From a virus (lineage: Duplodnaviria > Caudoviricetes), in IMG/VR virus record IMGVR_UViG_3300043610_000044, positions 4,239-68,238 of that record: a stretch of DNA of 64,000 bases; one strand, given 5' to 3'. Made by a program: the position numbers and the translations under genes. This document shows, piece after piece, positions 47,169 through 57,930 of the stretch. Below the pieces are notes generated by a model. It saw nothing but the letters and a program-made list of their open reading frames with translations. It made no database searches and was not told the origin of the DNA. The first letter of the stretch is position 1; each line of letters starts with the position of its first letter.

Positions 47169-48399
47169 TGGACGACGACCTCACCATCGACGAAGCCCGC
47201 ACGAAGGTCGAACTCGTCAAGGCGCTGGTCGGCACCGTCTGGACCGAGGTCGCAGACCTGTTCCGCGGACGGGCGTGGCTGGCACTGGGCTACGCCTCGT
47301 GGGATGCGCTGTGCGTTGCCGAGTTCGACGGGGCGCGGATCCGACTGCCGCGGGAGGACCGCCGCGAGATTGTCGGCTCGTTGCGCGAGGCCGGGCTGTC
47401 CGTTCGGGCCATCGCTGCGGCGACTGGGGTGGCTCCGGCAACCGTCCACGATGACCTCTCAGGTGTTCAGAACCGAACACCTGAGACGACCGGCACCGAT
47501 GGTAAGCGCTACCCGGCGTCCCGTCCCGCTCCTCCGCCGGAGCCTTCCGACGTCCCGGCCGCTGTCCCGACAGCAGCGCCGCCGGGGCCGCCGGTCCCTG
47601 CCTCCGCCGAGCCGCCCCGTGCTCCGGAGGCAGGGACACCGGAGCCTGCGTGGCCCCGGCCGCCGGCGTGGGACCCGGAGGAGCGCCGCCAGCACGAGGC
47701 CGAGGTGCAGCGCATCCGCGACATCGAGGCGGCTCGGCGGTACGCGGCGGACATCCTCACCGATCTCCGGACGGCGGTGTGCACCATCGTCGCCGGCTCC
47801 CGGCTCGGCGAGGCCGGCCTGGTCACCAAGGCGATGGTTCGCGAACTCCACGAGGCGATCGACCTGCTGGAGGGGGAACTGTGAACAGCGCCGACGCGTA
47901 TGCCTACGCCTGGTCCCATGCCGAGCGGAACCCTGACGGCAGCCTCGTCGAGGCCAGCCTCGTCGAGCTGATCAAGGACAACGTCGACTTCGACGCGGAC
48001 GCCGCGAAGCGGGGCCTTGCGCAGCGGATCCTAGCCCGCCGCCGCCGGCCCGGTCAGACCGCCCCCGCGGGTGAGGTGGTGTTCCCAGGCATGGAGCACT
48101 ACGCCTACGAGCCGCACCGAGTCCTCGGCGACGACCGGGGCAACATCATCGAGAACGCTGCAGCGCCGGTTCGATTCAAGACGGCCGAGGCACGACGGGC
48201 GCAGGTGGACGCGCAGGCGGCGGTAGTCCGCGCATCGCGTGAGCAGCGGGAGGCGGGGCATTTCGCCGACTGGACCGCTGAGGAGCTGATCCGTGGCCGG
48301 GACCCGCGTGAGGTGACGTGGGACGCCTGTGTCCGGGACACCGGCCTGTGGAAGGACGCCGACATCACTGGCGACGGCCCCGGCGAGGACGACCAGTGA
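47165..48399 (+). CDS. HTH-containing early protein (47165-47884) and hypothetical protein (47881-48399)
   Basis: RAWLALGYASWDALC..EF...GLSVRAIAAATGVAPATVHDDL HTH. Confidence 0.65.
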
Positions 48400-48701
48400 C
48401 CACCGCCAGCGTCCCGCCCGGCCCGGATGCCGCGATCACCCCGGCGGAGGCCGCCGCGCTGATCGGCGCATCGGAACGGTGGGTCCGCGACCAGATCCGG
48501 GACCGCAAGGTGCCGCACCAGCGGTACGGCTCGGCGACCCACGGCCGGATCGCGTTGCTCCCCGAGCATGTGGCCGCGCTCCGTGAGCTGGCGACGGTGC
48601 CGTCTGAACGGCCGGTCCGGGCCCGGCCGTTGCCGGCGGCGCAGTTGGTGGCGCTCGGTGCGACGGCACGTTCCCGGGCGGCGCACCGCCGCCCGGCCTG
48701 A
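48396..48701 (+). CDS. Excisionase-like HTH protein
   Basis: ITPAEAAALIGASERWVRDQIRDRKVPHQR. Confidence 0.7.
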   Translation: MTTASVPPGPDAAITPAEAAALIGASERWVRDQIRDRKVPHQRYGSATHGRIALLPEHVAALRELATVPSERPVRARPLPAAQLVALGATARSRAAHRRPA

Positions 48702-48843
48702 CCAACAACCCGGAACGGGGGGGAACGCGATGGACACCAATAGCTGGGAGTAGGCGGCAGTAAGGGACGGGCCGCCCGTCCACCGGTCGGCCCGCCCGCA
48801 CCCCGATGGAGACCTACCAGAGCAGGAAGGGATCGGGATCGCC

Positions 48844-51800
48844 ATGACGATACCTGACGGCACCGCCGCCAACGCCCGGGAACGCATCCGGGAGTGGCAG
48901 GACACCACCTACTTCCGCGGGCTGCTCGCGCAGTTGCAGATCGCCGTGACCGAGCTGGCCGCCGACTACGACCGGCTGGTCGCCGGGCACCTGCCGACCC
49001 GGGTCGCCGGGCCGGACGCGGAGGTGCGGTCGTGACCACGCCGACAACCGTCGCGGAAGTGTTGGACGCGGCGGCGGACATGATCGCCCGGCGCGGGTTC
49101 GCGCAACGCGACGCCACCAGCGCCGCGTACCAAGACAACGACTCGCCGCTGTGTCCCGGCCTGGCGTTGCAGTGGACCGGCGCCTCCTCCGAGGTACAGG
49201 CCGACGCATCCCGGCGGTTCAAGGCATACCTCGGTCACTCCGACATCATCCTGTGGTCCGACCGCGACGGCCGCACCAAGGAGCAGGTCGTCTCTGCTCT
49301 GCGTGAGGCCGCCGCAGCCGCGAGGGCCGAGCAGTGACCGACTACCGCGTCACGTTCGACCGTATCGGCCGCACCCGGGACGTGCCGCCGCAGACCTTCG
49401 CCGCCGCCGACCCCGACGCGCTCGCCGAGGCGGTCTGGTCATTCGCGCGTCCCTACTGCGGCAGCCTCGATCTGTCCGTTAGCCTCCGCCTCGATGGCGC
49501 TGGCGGCGCCCTCTTTGCGGGTGTCCGCAATGCCGGCGCGTTCGTCGTTGAGCCTCCGGCCCCGGCCCCGAGGGCCGAGCAGTGACCGGCCTGCTGCACG
49601 GGATGACCCCGCTGTCGTGGGTCCTGCTCTGTCTCCTGCTGGCCGGTGTGCTCGGTGTGCTCGGCCTCATCGTCGCCGGGGCCAGGGACGCCATCCGCGG
49701 GCGTCGCGCCGCTGAGGAGCACCGCGCCGCCGAGGACGCGCTGCGGTACGCGCCGTGGACAAGCCCTGACGACGGCGGTGCGCTGTGACCGCCGAGACGT
49801 ACGACGCCGAAGCCCTCGGCCTCGCGACCCTCGTCCAGCACGCCCTCGACGACGGCCGCGACCTGGAGCGCCGCGCCGCCGCGCTGGTCGCCCTCGCCCG
49901 CCACGACAGCTACGCGCACGACGCGGACGACCGGACGTGGACGCTGCTGCTGTTGCTGGCGCCGTCGTGGTCACCCGGCCTGTGGGCCGACCTGTGCCGC
50001 TACTGCGCCGAGTACCACGACGTGCACACGCGGATCGAAACGCTCGAAGGCGACCCGTCCGCGATCGACGCCTACATCGACGGGCCGATCCGCGACCGCG
50101 GCGGGTACCGCGAGCAGGTGCTGGACGGGCTGTGGACCGAACAGCAGCACCTGCTCGATGAGGAGATGACGGTGGCCCGGTGGATGGTCACGATGAGCGG
50201 AGATGTGGCATGAGCCTGCAGGGGTATGTCTACATCACGGCTGACACGCCGATCGTCGCCTGGGACCGGCCGGACCCGACGATCCGGATCGGCGACAACC
50301 TGCGCCTGTACCTGCGTGACCGGTCGGCCGCGGAGCGGCTGATTGCGGCGATCGGCGAAGCGTTGCTGCTGCTGTCCGATGTGGACACCCCGGCGGTGAC
50401 GCCGTGACCACCGTGACCAGCCGCACCGAACACACCCTGATGACGGTCACGATGTGGCTGACGCTCGCCGACGCCGAACCGCGGCCCTTCCAATGGTCCG
50501 TGGTGGCCGGCCGCATGTACCAGCCGCTCTCGGCCAAGCTCACCTACGAGCGACACGACTCCGACCCATGGGACGTGACGGTCGAACTGACCGGGGTCGG
50601 CCTACGGAAGGACGGCCAACCTGGCCGGATGGAGACCAGCGAGCTGTTCTGGTCCGGCCATGATGACCAACCTGACTGGTTGCGCGCGCTGGTTGACGAG
50701 TACACCCCGGCGGTGACCGCATGACCGGCCCGCTGCCCGTCGGCGCCGACGTGGTCGTCACCATCGTCGGTCGCGTCGAGTACGCCGACGAGAAGATCGT
50801 CAGCGTCGTCACCGGGTTCGGGGGCACCCTGACCGCGCCGCTGACCGCCGGGGTTGTGGTCACCGTCGTCCCGTCGCAGCAGGGGCCGCCGACTGACGCC
50901 CAGTTGGCGCGGCTGTGGGAGATGGGCGGCGCGACACCGGGGACGGTGTCTTCCGGGCTGATGGACCAGGGGCCGGCGGGTGAGCCCGACGGTAGAACCG
51001 GGGAGGGCGGGATCGCTGCGACGACCCGAGCCCTGCCCGCCGGCCCCGACCCCTGCGAGCACGCCTTCACGCGCAGCGCCGCGCCCCGCGGACCGGAGGC
51101 GTCCTGATGGCCGCCTGCCCGACGTGCCGCATCAACCACTCCCCGTACACCTGCGCGCAGTACGCGGCGCTGGCCCGCGGCGAGAACCGTGCCGACGCGC
51201 ACCGCGTCCGGACCCGGTCCGCCGACGCCCGCAGGGCGTGTCCGCTGGCGTTGACGTCGCTGCTGCTCGCCGCGCCCGTCCTGGCCGTACGACTGCTCGG
51301 CGCCTACCACACCGCACCGACCGAAGGGGGCCCGTGATGGCCGAGTACTTCGCACCGGACCAGATCTTCCAGGCGCTCTCCGGCGCCTGCGACAACGACC
51401 TGTACATCCAGCTCGACCCGGACCGGCTACTCGACGTGGAGTCCTACCTGTACGGCGTCGGCGAGGTGTCGGTCCGCGACAGGGACGGGGCGGTCGTGGC
51501 CCGTTTCCGGGTCCGGATCGAAGAGATCGAAGACGCGGTGGTGCCCGATGCCTGACACAGCCTGGGGTGTCGAGGTCAACGAGGCCCGCGTCTACGCGAC
51601 GACATCCGGCGGCGCGTGGTGGTTCGCCTTCCGGCAGCACTACGACCCGATCGGGCGGATCGTCGATGGGCCGATGACGCCGGTCGGGTCGCGGACGTGG
51701 GTGCTGTGCGAAGACCGCGCCGACGCCGACTCGCTGGCCATGCTGATGGCCGCCGCGGGGATCCACGCGAGCGCGCTGCGGGTCCGCGAACAGCCGATCG

Positions 51801-53479
51801 GCGCGGCGCAGCAGGCCCTGCTGGCCCGCATCAGCGCGTTGACCGAGGGGGAACGGTGACCGACGAGACGTGCACGCGGGAGAGCGTCACCCCCGACGGG
51901 GACATGCTGATCGTTGACTGCTCCGCGCATGGCGAGATCGGTCGCGTGCCGGCCGGCGGGGATGAGTACGGACGGGTTGAGCGGCTATGGGTGGCGCATG
52001 CCGTCGAGCCTGACTCGCCGGCCCCGGTCGAGGACCGGCGGATCTCCTACATCCGCGCGAAGGTCGCCGAGTGGGGCTCGATCGGCGCGTCCGACCTGAT
52101 GTTCGCGCTCGCCGACTTGGAGGCGCTGCTAGGTGCCTACGACCAGACGCGGGAGACCGCCGACCGGTACAACGCCGCTGTCAACAGCCTCAGCGACGAC
52201 AACGGGCGGCTCGGCGGCGAGAACGAGGCGCTGCGGCGGCTCACCGCGTCGCTGCGGGCCGACCTCGAGCAGATGACGGTGCAGCGCGACGCCGGGAGGG
52301 TCTGGAAGGCCCGAGCCGAGGCGGCCGACGCCGACCGGGACCGGCTCGCCGCAACGGTGGAGACGTTGGAACGGCAGCTCCGCGAGGCGGGCGAGGGCTG
52401 GGACACCGCCAGCGCGGAGAACGAGGCGCTGCGGGCCGAGAACGCGGTCGCCGAGGACGAGGCCCGGGACTCCATCGCCACCGCCGAACGGGTCATGGCC
52501 GAGCGGGACAGGCTCGCCGCGCAGGTGCAGCGGGTCCGAGACCTGCACCAGTCGATACCGGCCAGCGTCCTCGCTTGGGCCTGCCACCAGGACACCTGCA
52601 CTGGTCACGAATCTGGGTGCCCGGAGATCGAAGTTCAGGTCTGCGCAGAGTGCGACGAGATCCGCGGGGAGCACGACGATGAGGGCAGCGTGAAACCGTG
52701 GCCCTGCCCGACGATCGAGGCACTGTCCACCCCGGACGCCGACCAGCCGAGACCGACCGATGTGACCGACAGACATCCCGCCGACGAACGGGGCCGCTGG
52801 GAGGCGGAGGCCGAACGGCTGAAGCGTGAGACCGACCGGCTCGTCGCGCAGGTGCAGCGAGTCCGGGACGTCGCTGACCGGCTCGACGGCATGGCCGGTG
52901 ACGACCGCGACGACGACGCTGCTGTGGCGATGCGGAAGGCCGCCGGCTGGATCCGGTCGGCGCTGTCGCCGGTCCTGGCCGAGATCTACCCGGACGCCGA
53001 GCGGCCGGAGGCCGGCCAGTGACCGCCCCGAAGCGCACGGTCGAATCGAAGCAACCGACCGGGCTGGCCGTGCTAAGGCTCCTCGTTCTGGTCCTGTTGA
53101 CCGTCGGGCTGGTCGTGTTCGTGGTGTACGCGGTGCACAGGGTCGGTGACCTGCACATGCAGGCCCTGCGTTCCGACCAGGAAACGGCGAAGGTGCTGCT
53201 GAATGAGGCGCAGACCATCGGGTCGCTGGGATGGGGGGCGTTTCTCGCCGCCGTGCTCGGGTTCGGATCGGCGCTGCTGAACGTGCTGGAGGCCGGCCAG
53301 TGACCGTATCCGACTCCGAAACCCCCACCGCCCAAGTCAGCGGCTGGCTCGGCGAGGGCTACGCCACATGGGGCGGGCTGGTTGACGGCGAGTGGGTCGA
53401 GTACCAGATCGTGCCTGCCGGGGCGCACCCGCTTGCCGCTCTGTTGGAGCGGCACCTACCAACGGCGGCGACACGGTGA
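48844..53479 (+). CDS. Array of about 15 small coupled early genes, including a DUF6197-like protein (49032-49337) and a long coiled-coil mosaic protein (51856-53022)
   Basis: RTGA overlaps throughout; W.D..GRTKEQVVSALREAA motif; repeated DRL.AQVQRVRD. Confidence 0.6.
49321..49588 (+). repeat. 20-bp exact direct repeat bracketing gene 49334-49585
   Basis: CGAGGGCCGAGCAGTGACCG at 49321-49340 and 49569-49588. Confidence 0.92.
50385..50717 (+). repeat. 16-bp exact direct repeat bracketing gene 50404-50724
   Basis: ACACCCCGGCGGTGAC at 50385-50400 and 50702-50717. Confidence 0.9.
53007..53306 (+). repeat. 19-bp exact direct repeat bracketing membrane-protein gene 53019-53303
   Basis: GGAGGCCGGCCAGTGACCG at 53007-53025 and 53288-53306. 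Confidence 0.92.
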
Positions 53480-54285
53480 GCGCCGCCCTGCCCGCCTGGG
53501 CCACCGACCCCGGCGCAGCCAACGACCCCACGTGGCGGCTCGGCGAGCAGTTGCAGGACGACCGCGCTGACCTGCGCAAGGGAAACGCCCTGGTCCAGTC
53601 GCCCGACTTCATCGTGGACTTCATCCTCGACCTGACGTACAAGCCGGCCGTTGAGGAGTTCGGGTTGGCCGGCGTCACGCTGATCGACCCGTCGTGCGGC
53701 ACAGGCAACTTCCTCACCGCCGCGTTCATGCGGACCGCCGCCGGGTACCTAGCGATGCTCCGACCGTTCACGCCGCCCGGCATGGAGCCGTCCGGCCGCA
53801 CTCGGGCGGCGATGGCCCGGGACGTGCTGCGGCAGATCGCCGGGGTGGACATCGACCCCGACTGCACCGACCTCGCCCGGCACCGCCTGACCGTGCTCGC
53901 CAACCAGCTCGCCGGCCTACCCGACGACGACACGTCGCAGCGGTGGCTGTTGCAGGTGGCGTGCGCCGACAGCCTCCTCCACGGGCCGGCCTCCGACGGT
54001 GCGCTGCCACCCGACGGGCACTGCTGCGGCGACCGCGACTGCGCGCAGGCCCTGGACATCCTCGGCCGCACCTACGCCGTGGTCGTCGGCAACCCGCCGT
54101 ACATCACCGTCAAGGACCCCGCCAGGAACGCCGCGTACCGGGCGCGGTACGACGCCTGCTCCGGCAAGTACTCGCTGTCCGTGCCGTTCACGCAACTGAT
54201 GTTCGGGCTCGCGCACCGCGGCGCCGAAGCCGAACCGGCTACGTCGGGGCAGGGCGCGCTGGACCTCGAAGGGGTGCCGGCATGA
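53476..54285 (+). CDS. Truncated N6-adenine methyltransferase core resembling BREX-2/Pgl PglX
   Basis: LGEQLQDDRADLRKGNALVQSPDFIVDFILDLT, IDPSCGTGNF, IAGVDIDP, ACADSL, VVGNPPYITVKD, RYDACSGKYSLSVPFTQLMFGLA; ends about 45 aa after NPPY. Confidence 0.8.
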   Translation: MSAALPAWATDPGAANDPTWRLGEQLQDDRADLRKGNALVQSPDFIVDFILDLTYKPAVEEFGLAGVTLIDPSCGTGNFLTAAFMRTAAGYLAMLRPFTPPGMEPSGRTRAAMARDVLRQIAGVDIDPDCTDLARHRLTVLANQLAGLPDDDTSQRWLLQVACADSLLHGPASDGALPPDGHCCGDRDCAQALDILGRTYAVVVGNPPYITVKDPARNAAYRARYDACSGKYSLSVPFTQLMFGLAHRGAEAEPATSGQGALDLEGVPA

Positions 54286-54732
54286 CGGCCAAGTCTCTGC
54301 ACTACGCGGTGGCGCGATGAAGCCCAACCACATGCTGCCGCTGCAGGGCCGCCTGTACGTCTTTAGCGGCTGGACCGTCAGACGGGGCGTCGCCATGTGC
54401 ACCTGCGGTACGCAGTCCGATGCGCTGCCTACCGCGACAGCTCGCCGCGAATGGCACCGCCAGCACAGGGCGGGCGCGGTCGCCGTGGAACGCCGTGCCC
54501 GACTTCGGTTGCTCGGCCGCGACGGGGAGTCGGTCGCATGATCGGCGAACTGTGCCACTGCTGCGGCGTCGAGCCGATCGGCGACCGCGACGGGATCTGG
54601 TGCGAGGGCTGCTCGATCACCCGGCACGACTGCCCGGGCCACCGCTACGTCGCGGCCGGACGCTGGCCGGATCTGCCGTCGCTGACCTACGCCGAGGTTG
54701 CTGCGCGGCGGGCTAGCGGGGTGCCGGCATGA
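54271..54732 (+). repeat. 15-bp exact direct repeat bracketing small genes 54317-54541 and 54538-54732
   Basis: GGGGTGCCGGCATGA at 54271-54285 and 54718-54732. Confidence 0.9.
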
Positions 54733-54907
54733 AGGCGCTGGCCGTCTGGGTGGTGCTGTCGTTGGCGTCCCTGGCCGGAGCCTGGGTGCTGCTCCGCGCC
54801 GACCACGAAGCCGACATCGGCACCGACGACGACGGCTGGTCCGACGCCACGGCCGCGGGCTATGAGACCGGCGGCATCGGCTGGCTACTCCAGGAGGAGG
54901 CAGGACC

Positions 54908-55981
54908 GTGAGCGCAACGAAGATCCGCAGTCGGAAGCCGACCGGACGCGTGCCATGGCCGATGATCCTCCTCGAAGGTGAGGAGAAGGCCGGCAAATCG
55001 TGGGCGGCAGCGCTGCTGTCCGCCAGCCCGAAGGTTGGCATCACGTACTGGATCGACCTGGGGGAAGGCGCCGCCGACGAATACGGCGCCGTCCCTGGCG
55101 CCCGGTACGAGGTCATCGAGCACAGCGGCGACTACCACGACGTCCTGTCGCAGATCGTCGCGGTGAAGGCCGAAGCCGCCCGCATCGCCGAAGCGGGGGA
55201 ACCGCCGGTGGTGCTGGTCATCGACTCCATGACGGACCTGTGGGAGGGACTGAAGGACTGGGCCAGCGCCCGCGCCCGCAAGTCGCACTACGCCAAGCAA
55301 CTACTCGCGAAGGACCCCAACGCCGACATCCCCGTGTCGATGAACCTGTGGAACGACGCGGGCGCCCGGTACCGCAAGGTGATGACGCAACTGCTGACGT
55401 TCCCCGGGATCGTCGTGATCACCGCGAAGGGTAAGGAAGTCACGCCGCTCACCGAGGACGGCAAGCCGAAAGAGCGTGCACCGAAGGAGTACCGCGTCGA
55501 GGGGCACAAGTCGATGCCGTACGACGCCACGATGTGGGTCCGGATGTACCGCACCCAGAAGCCCGTCGTGGTCGGCGCCCGGTCGGTGAAGCACGGCATC
55601 CGGCCCGGGAAGGACGACCCGTCGCCGATCGATGCGGACCCGGAGAACCTGCTGGAATGGCTGGTGTTCGACGTGCTCGGCTGCGACCCGGCCACCGCGC
55701 ACGTTCGGGAGATCCAGCACGTGGCCGGCGGAGACCTGACCGAAGACGAGCGGGCCGGCGAGGCCGCGCCGGGCGGGCCGGCGACGGACCCGACGTGGCT
55801 GGCGGACATGCAGCAGGACATCGGCACCTGCCAGACCGAGGACGCGTTGCTGGCGTTCTGGCCGCAGATCGTGACCGCAGTCAAGGAGTCCCGCTGCGCC
55901 CCCGCCGACGGTGAGGCGTTGAAGGACCGCATCAAGATGCGGCGGGGGCAACTCAACGCCGCGAAGGGGAGCGCGGCATGA
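54908..55981 (+). CDS. AAA/RecA-fold ATPase, probable Sak4-like single-strand annealing recombinase
   Basis: Walker A GEEKAGKS, Walker B VLVIDSMT, GHKSMPYD. Confidence 0.7.
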   Translation: MSATKIRSRKPTGRVPWPMILLEGEEKAGKSWAAALLSASPKVGITYWIDLGEGAADEYGAVPGARYEVIEHSGDYHDVLSQIVAVKAEAARIAEAGEPPVVLVIDSMTDLWEGLKDWASARARKSHYAKQLLAKDPNADIPVSMNLWNDAGARYRKVMTQLLTFPGIVVITAKGKEVTPLTEDGKPKERAPKEYRVEGHKSMPYDATMWVRMYRTQKPVVVGARSVKHGIRPGKDDPSPIDADPENLLEWLVFDVLGCDPATAHVREIQHVAGGDLTEDERAGEAAPGGPATDPTWLADMQQDIGTCQTEDALLAFWPQIVTAVKESRCAPADGEALKDRIKMRRGQLNAAKGSAA

Positions 55982-56987
55982 CCGGCGAGCTCTACCACTC
56001 AGGCGGGGTGCCGATGCACGCGATCCGACTGACCGTGACCGGCGTCGGTCTGGAGGAGCTGAATGCGTTGCTGGCCGAGTTCCCCGGGCTCAGCGGAGAC
56101 GACAGCCGGCTGACGTTCGAGGTGGACGGGACCGGCCTGTCCGCGACGCTCCGAAGCTGTCTGTCTGAGCGCCAGACGCAGGGCATCATTGCCGCGTTGT
56201 ACGAGGCGAGGCGCCAACGTGAGGCGGCTGCGACATGACCGAGCCGCGGATCCTCGCCCGAGACCTGCTGGTCCTGCGGGCCCTGGCCGACAGGGTCGCC
56301 GCCGCGCTGGTCGCAGCCAAGACGGACACGCTGGCCGCGATGGAGGTCGGGGAACGGCTGGTCGTCAAGGTCGGGGACACCCCGGTCGGGACGGTGACGG
56401 TGACCCACGGCCGGGTCGCCGCCCGCATCACCGACCCGCGGGCGCTGCTGGCGTGGGTGAAAGCCAACCACCCCACCGAAGTGGTCACCACGCAGGAGGT
56501 CCGGTCGTCGTTCGTCGTCGCGCTGTTGAAGCGGGCGAAGGACAGCGGCGAGGTCGTCCCCGGCATCGACGTGTCGCAGGGCGATCCGTATCTGCTGGCG
56601 CCGGTGGACGACGTCGCGGCCGCGGTGATCGGGGCGGCGTGGGCGGACGGGTCGCTGTCGCTGCCGGCGTCGGTGCTGCCACAGATCGAGGCGCCATGAC
56701 CCTGCGCGTCTACCGGCTCAACGTGGCCTACCCCGAGGGGAGCCGCACGGCAGAAGGCGGCACCGCGCCCGGGTGGCGGCCGGAGAAGTGGCAGCCCGGC
56801 GAGCCGTTCTCCCGCCTCTGGGATGCAGAAGGCGCGGATCCCGAGTTCGCGTGGCCCGTCTACGGCCCCCGCCGGTACCTGTCTAAGACCGGCGCTGGCA
56901 AGGCCGCCGAGATCTACCGCCGCTGTGGCTGCACCGTCGAGGTGGTCGCGTCCGATCCTGTGACGTGGCCGGAAGACGGCGGCCCCG

Positions 56988-57335
56988 ATGCGTAGGTCCC
57001 CGCTCAAGCCGGGCAAGCCGCTCGCGCGGGGCACGGGGCTCGCGCGCACCGTCCCGCTCCGCCAAGTCTCCGCCAAGCGCCGCTTGCAGTTGGCGCAACG
57101 TCGCCCCGCCGTTGCTGCGCTGCTCGCCGCGCAGCCGTGGTGTCAGGCCCGGCTGCGCGGCTGTCAGGGCCGGTCCGTGGACGCCCACGAACTGCTCCGC
57201 CGGTCGCAGGGTGGGGACCCGACGAAGCCCGACTTGGCGCTGTGCCGCTGGTGTCACGACTGGGCGACCACCCATCCCCGTGAGTCCGTGGCGCTGGGGC
57301 TGGCCGTGTGGTCCTGGCAAGGCGGTGCGGCGTGA
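56988..57335 (+). CDS. HNH-like Zn-binding nuclease
   Basis: CQARLRGC..R.VDAHELLRRSQGG...LCRWCHDW. Confidence 0.65.
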   Translation: MRRSPLKPGKPLARGTGLARTVPLRQVSAKRRLQLAQRRPAVAALLAAQPWCQARLRGCQGRSVDAHELLRRSQGGDPTKPDLALCRWCHDWATTHPRESVALGLAVWSWQGGAA

Positions 57336-57600
57336 TCCGCGAAACGATGCGGACCGCCCGAAAGTGGCGCCCGTGCTCCTCCTGCGGCCACGGCATCGAC
57401 GTCGGCGCCGTGTACCGCGAAGTTGTCGCATCGCCGGACCACGAGGGCATCACCGGCCCGCACTGGTGGCGTCTGGCTGAGTGCTTCGCCTGCTCGGACC
57501 GGTACGGCCACCTGCCCGCAGACCGGGAGGTGCGGCCGGCTGCCCCGTTCGGGGAAGGCGGGGCAACTGCCGCACCTCCCACCCCGAAGGGAGACGTCCC

Positions 57601-57930
57601 GTGCCGCCCATCGTCATAGCCACGCTGGTCGTGTTCTTCGCCCTGCTGGCGACGCTCGTCTACTTCGTCCGGCAGGGCATGGGCGCCGAGAACCGGCGCG
57701 CGCTGGCCCGGGCCGACGCGCTCGCCGCAGAGCAGGTCGCGGTCGCGCAGAACAACGCGCAGAAGGCGAAGAACGTTCAGATCAACACGGAGATCGAGAG
57801 CATCCGGGCGCTGGTCAAGGTGCTCGGGCCGAACGGATACATCCTCTACAAGGCGATCCAGGACGGGGAGATCACCGTGATGCCGATCCCGATGGGTAAC
57901 CCGCTGAGCATTCCGGTGCCGACCCGCTGA
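57601..57930 (+). CDS. Membrane protein resembling the C-terminal part of SPFH/band-7 proteins
   Basis: N-terminal TM, Ala-rich coil, GPNGYILYKAIQDGEITVMPIP.G.P. Confidence 0.45.
   Translation: MPPIVIATLVVFFALLATLVYFVRQGMGAENRRALARADALAAEQVAVAQNNAQKAKNVQINTEIESIRALVKVLGPNGYILYKAIQDGEITVMPIPMGNPLSIPVPTR

Noticed and set aside
48731-48754. Heptapeptide ORF MDTNSWE as an attenuator leader
   Set aside because: Followed by hairpins but no U-tract or regulatory codon run; cannot be supported from sequence alone.
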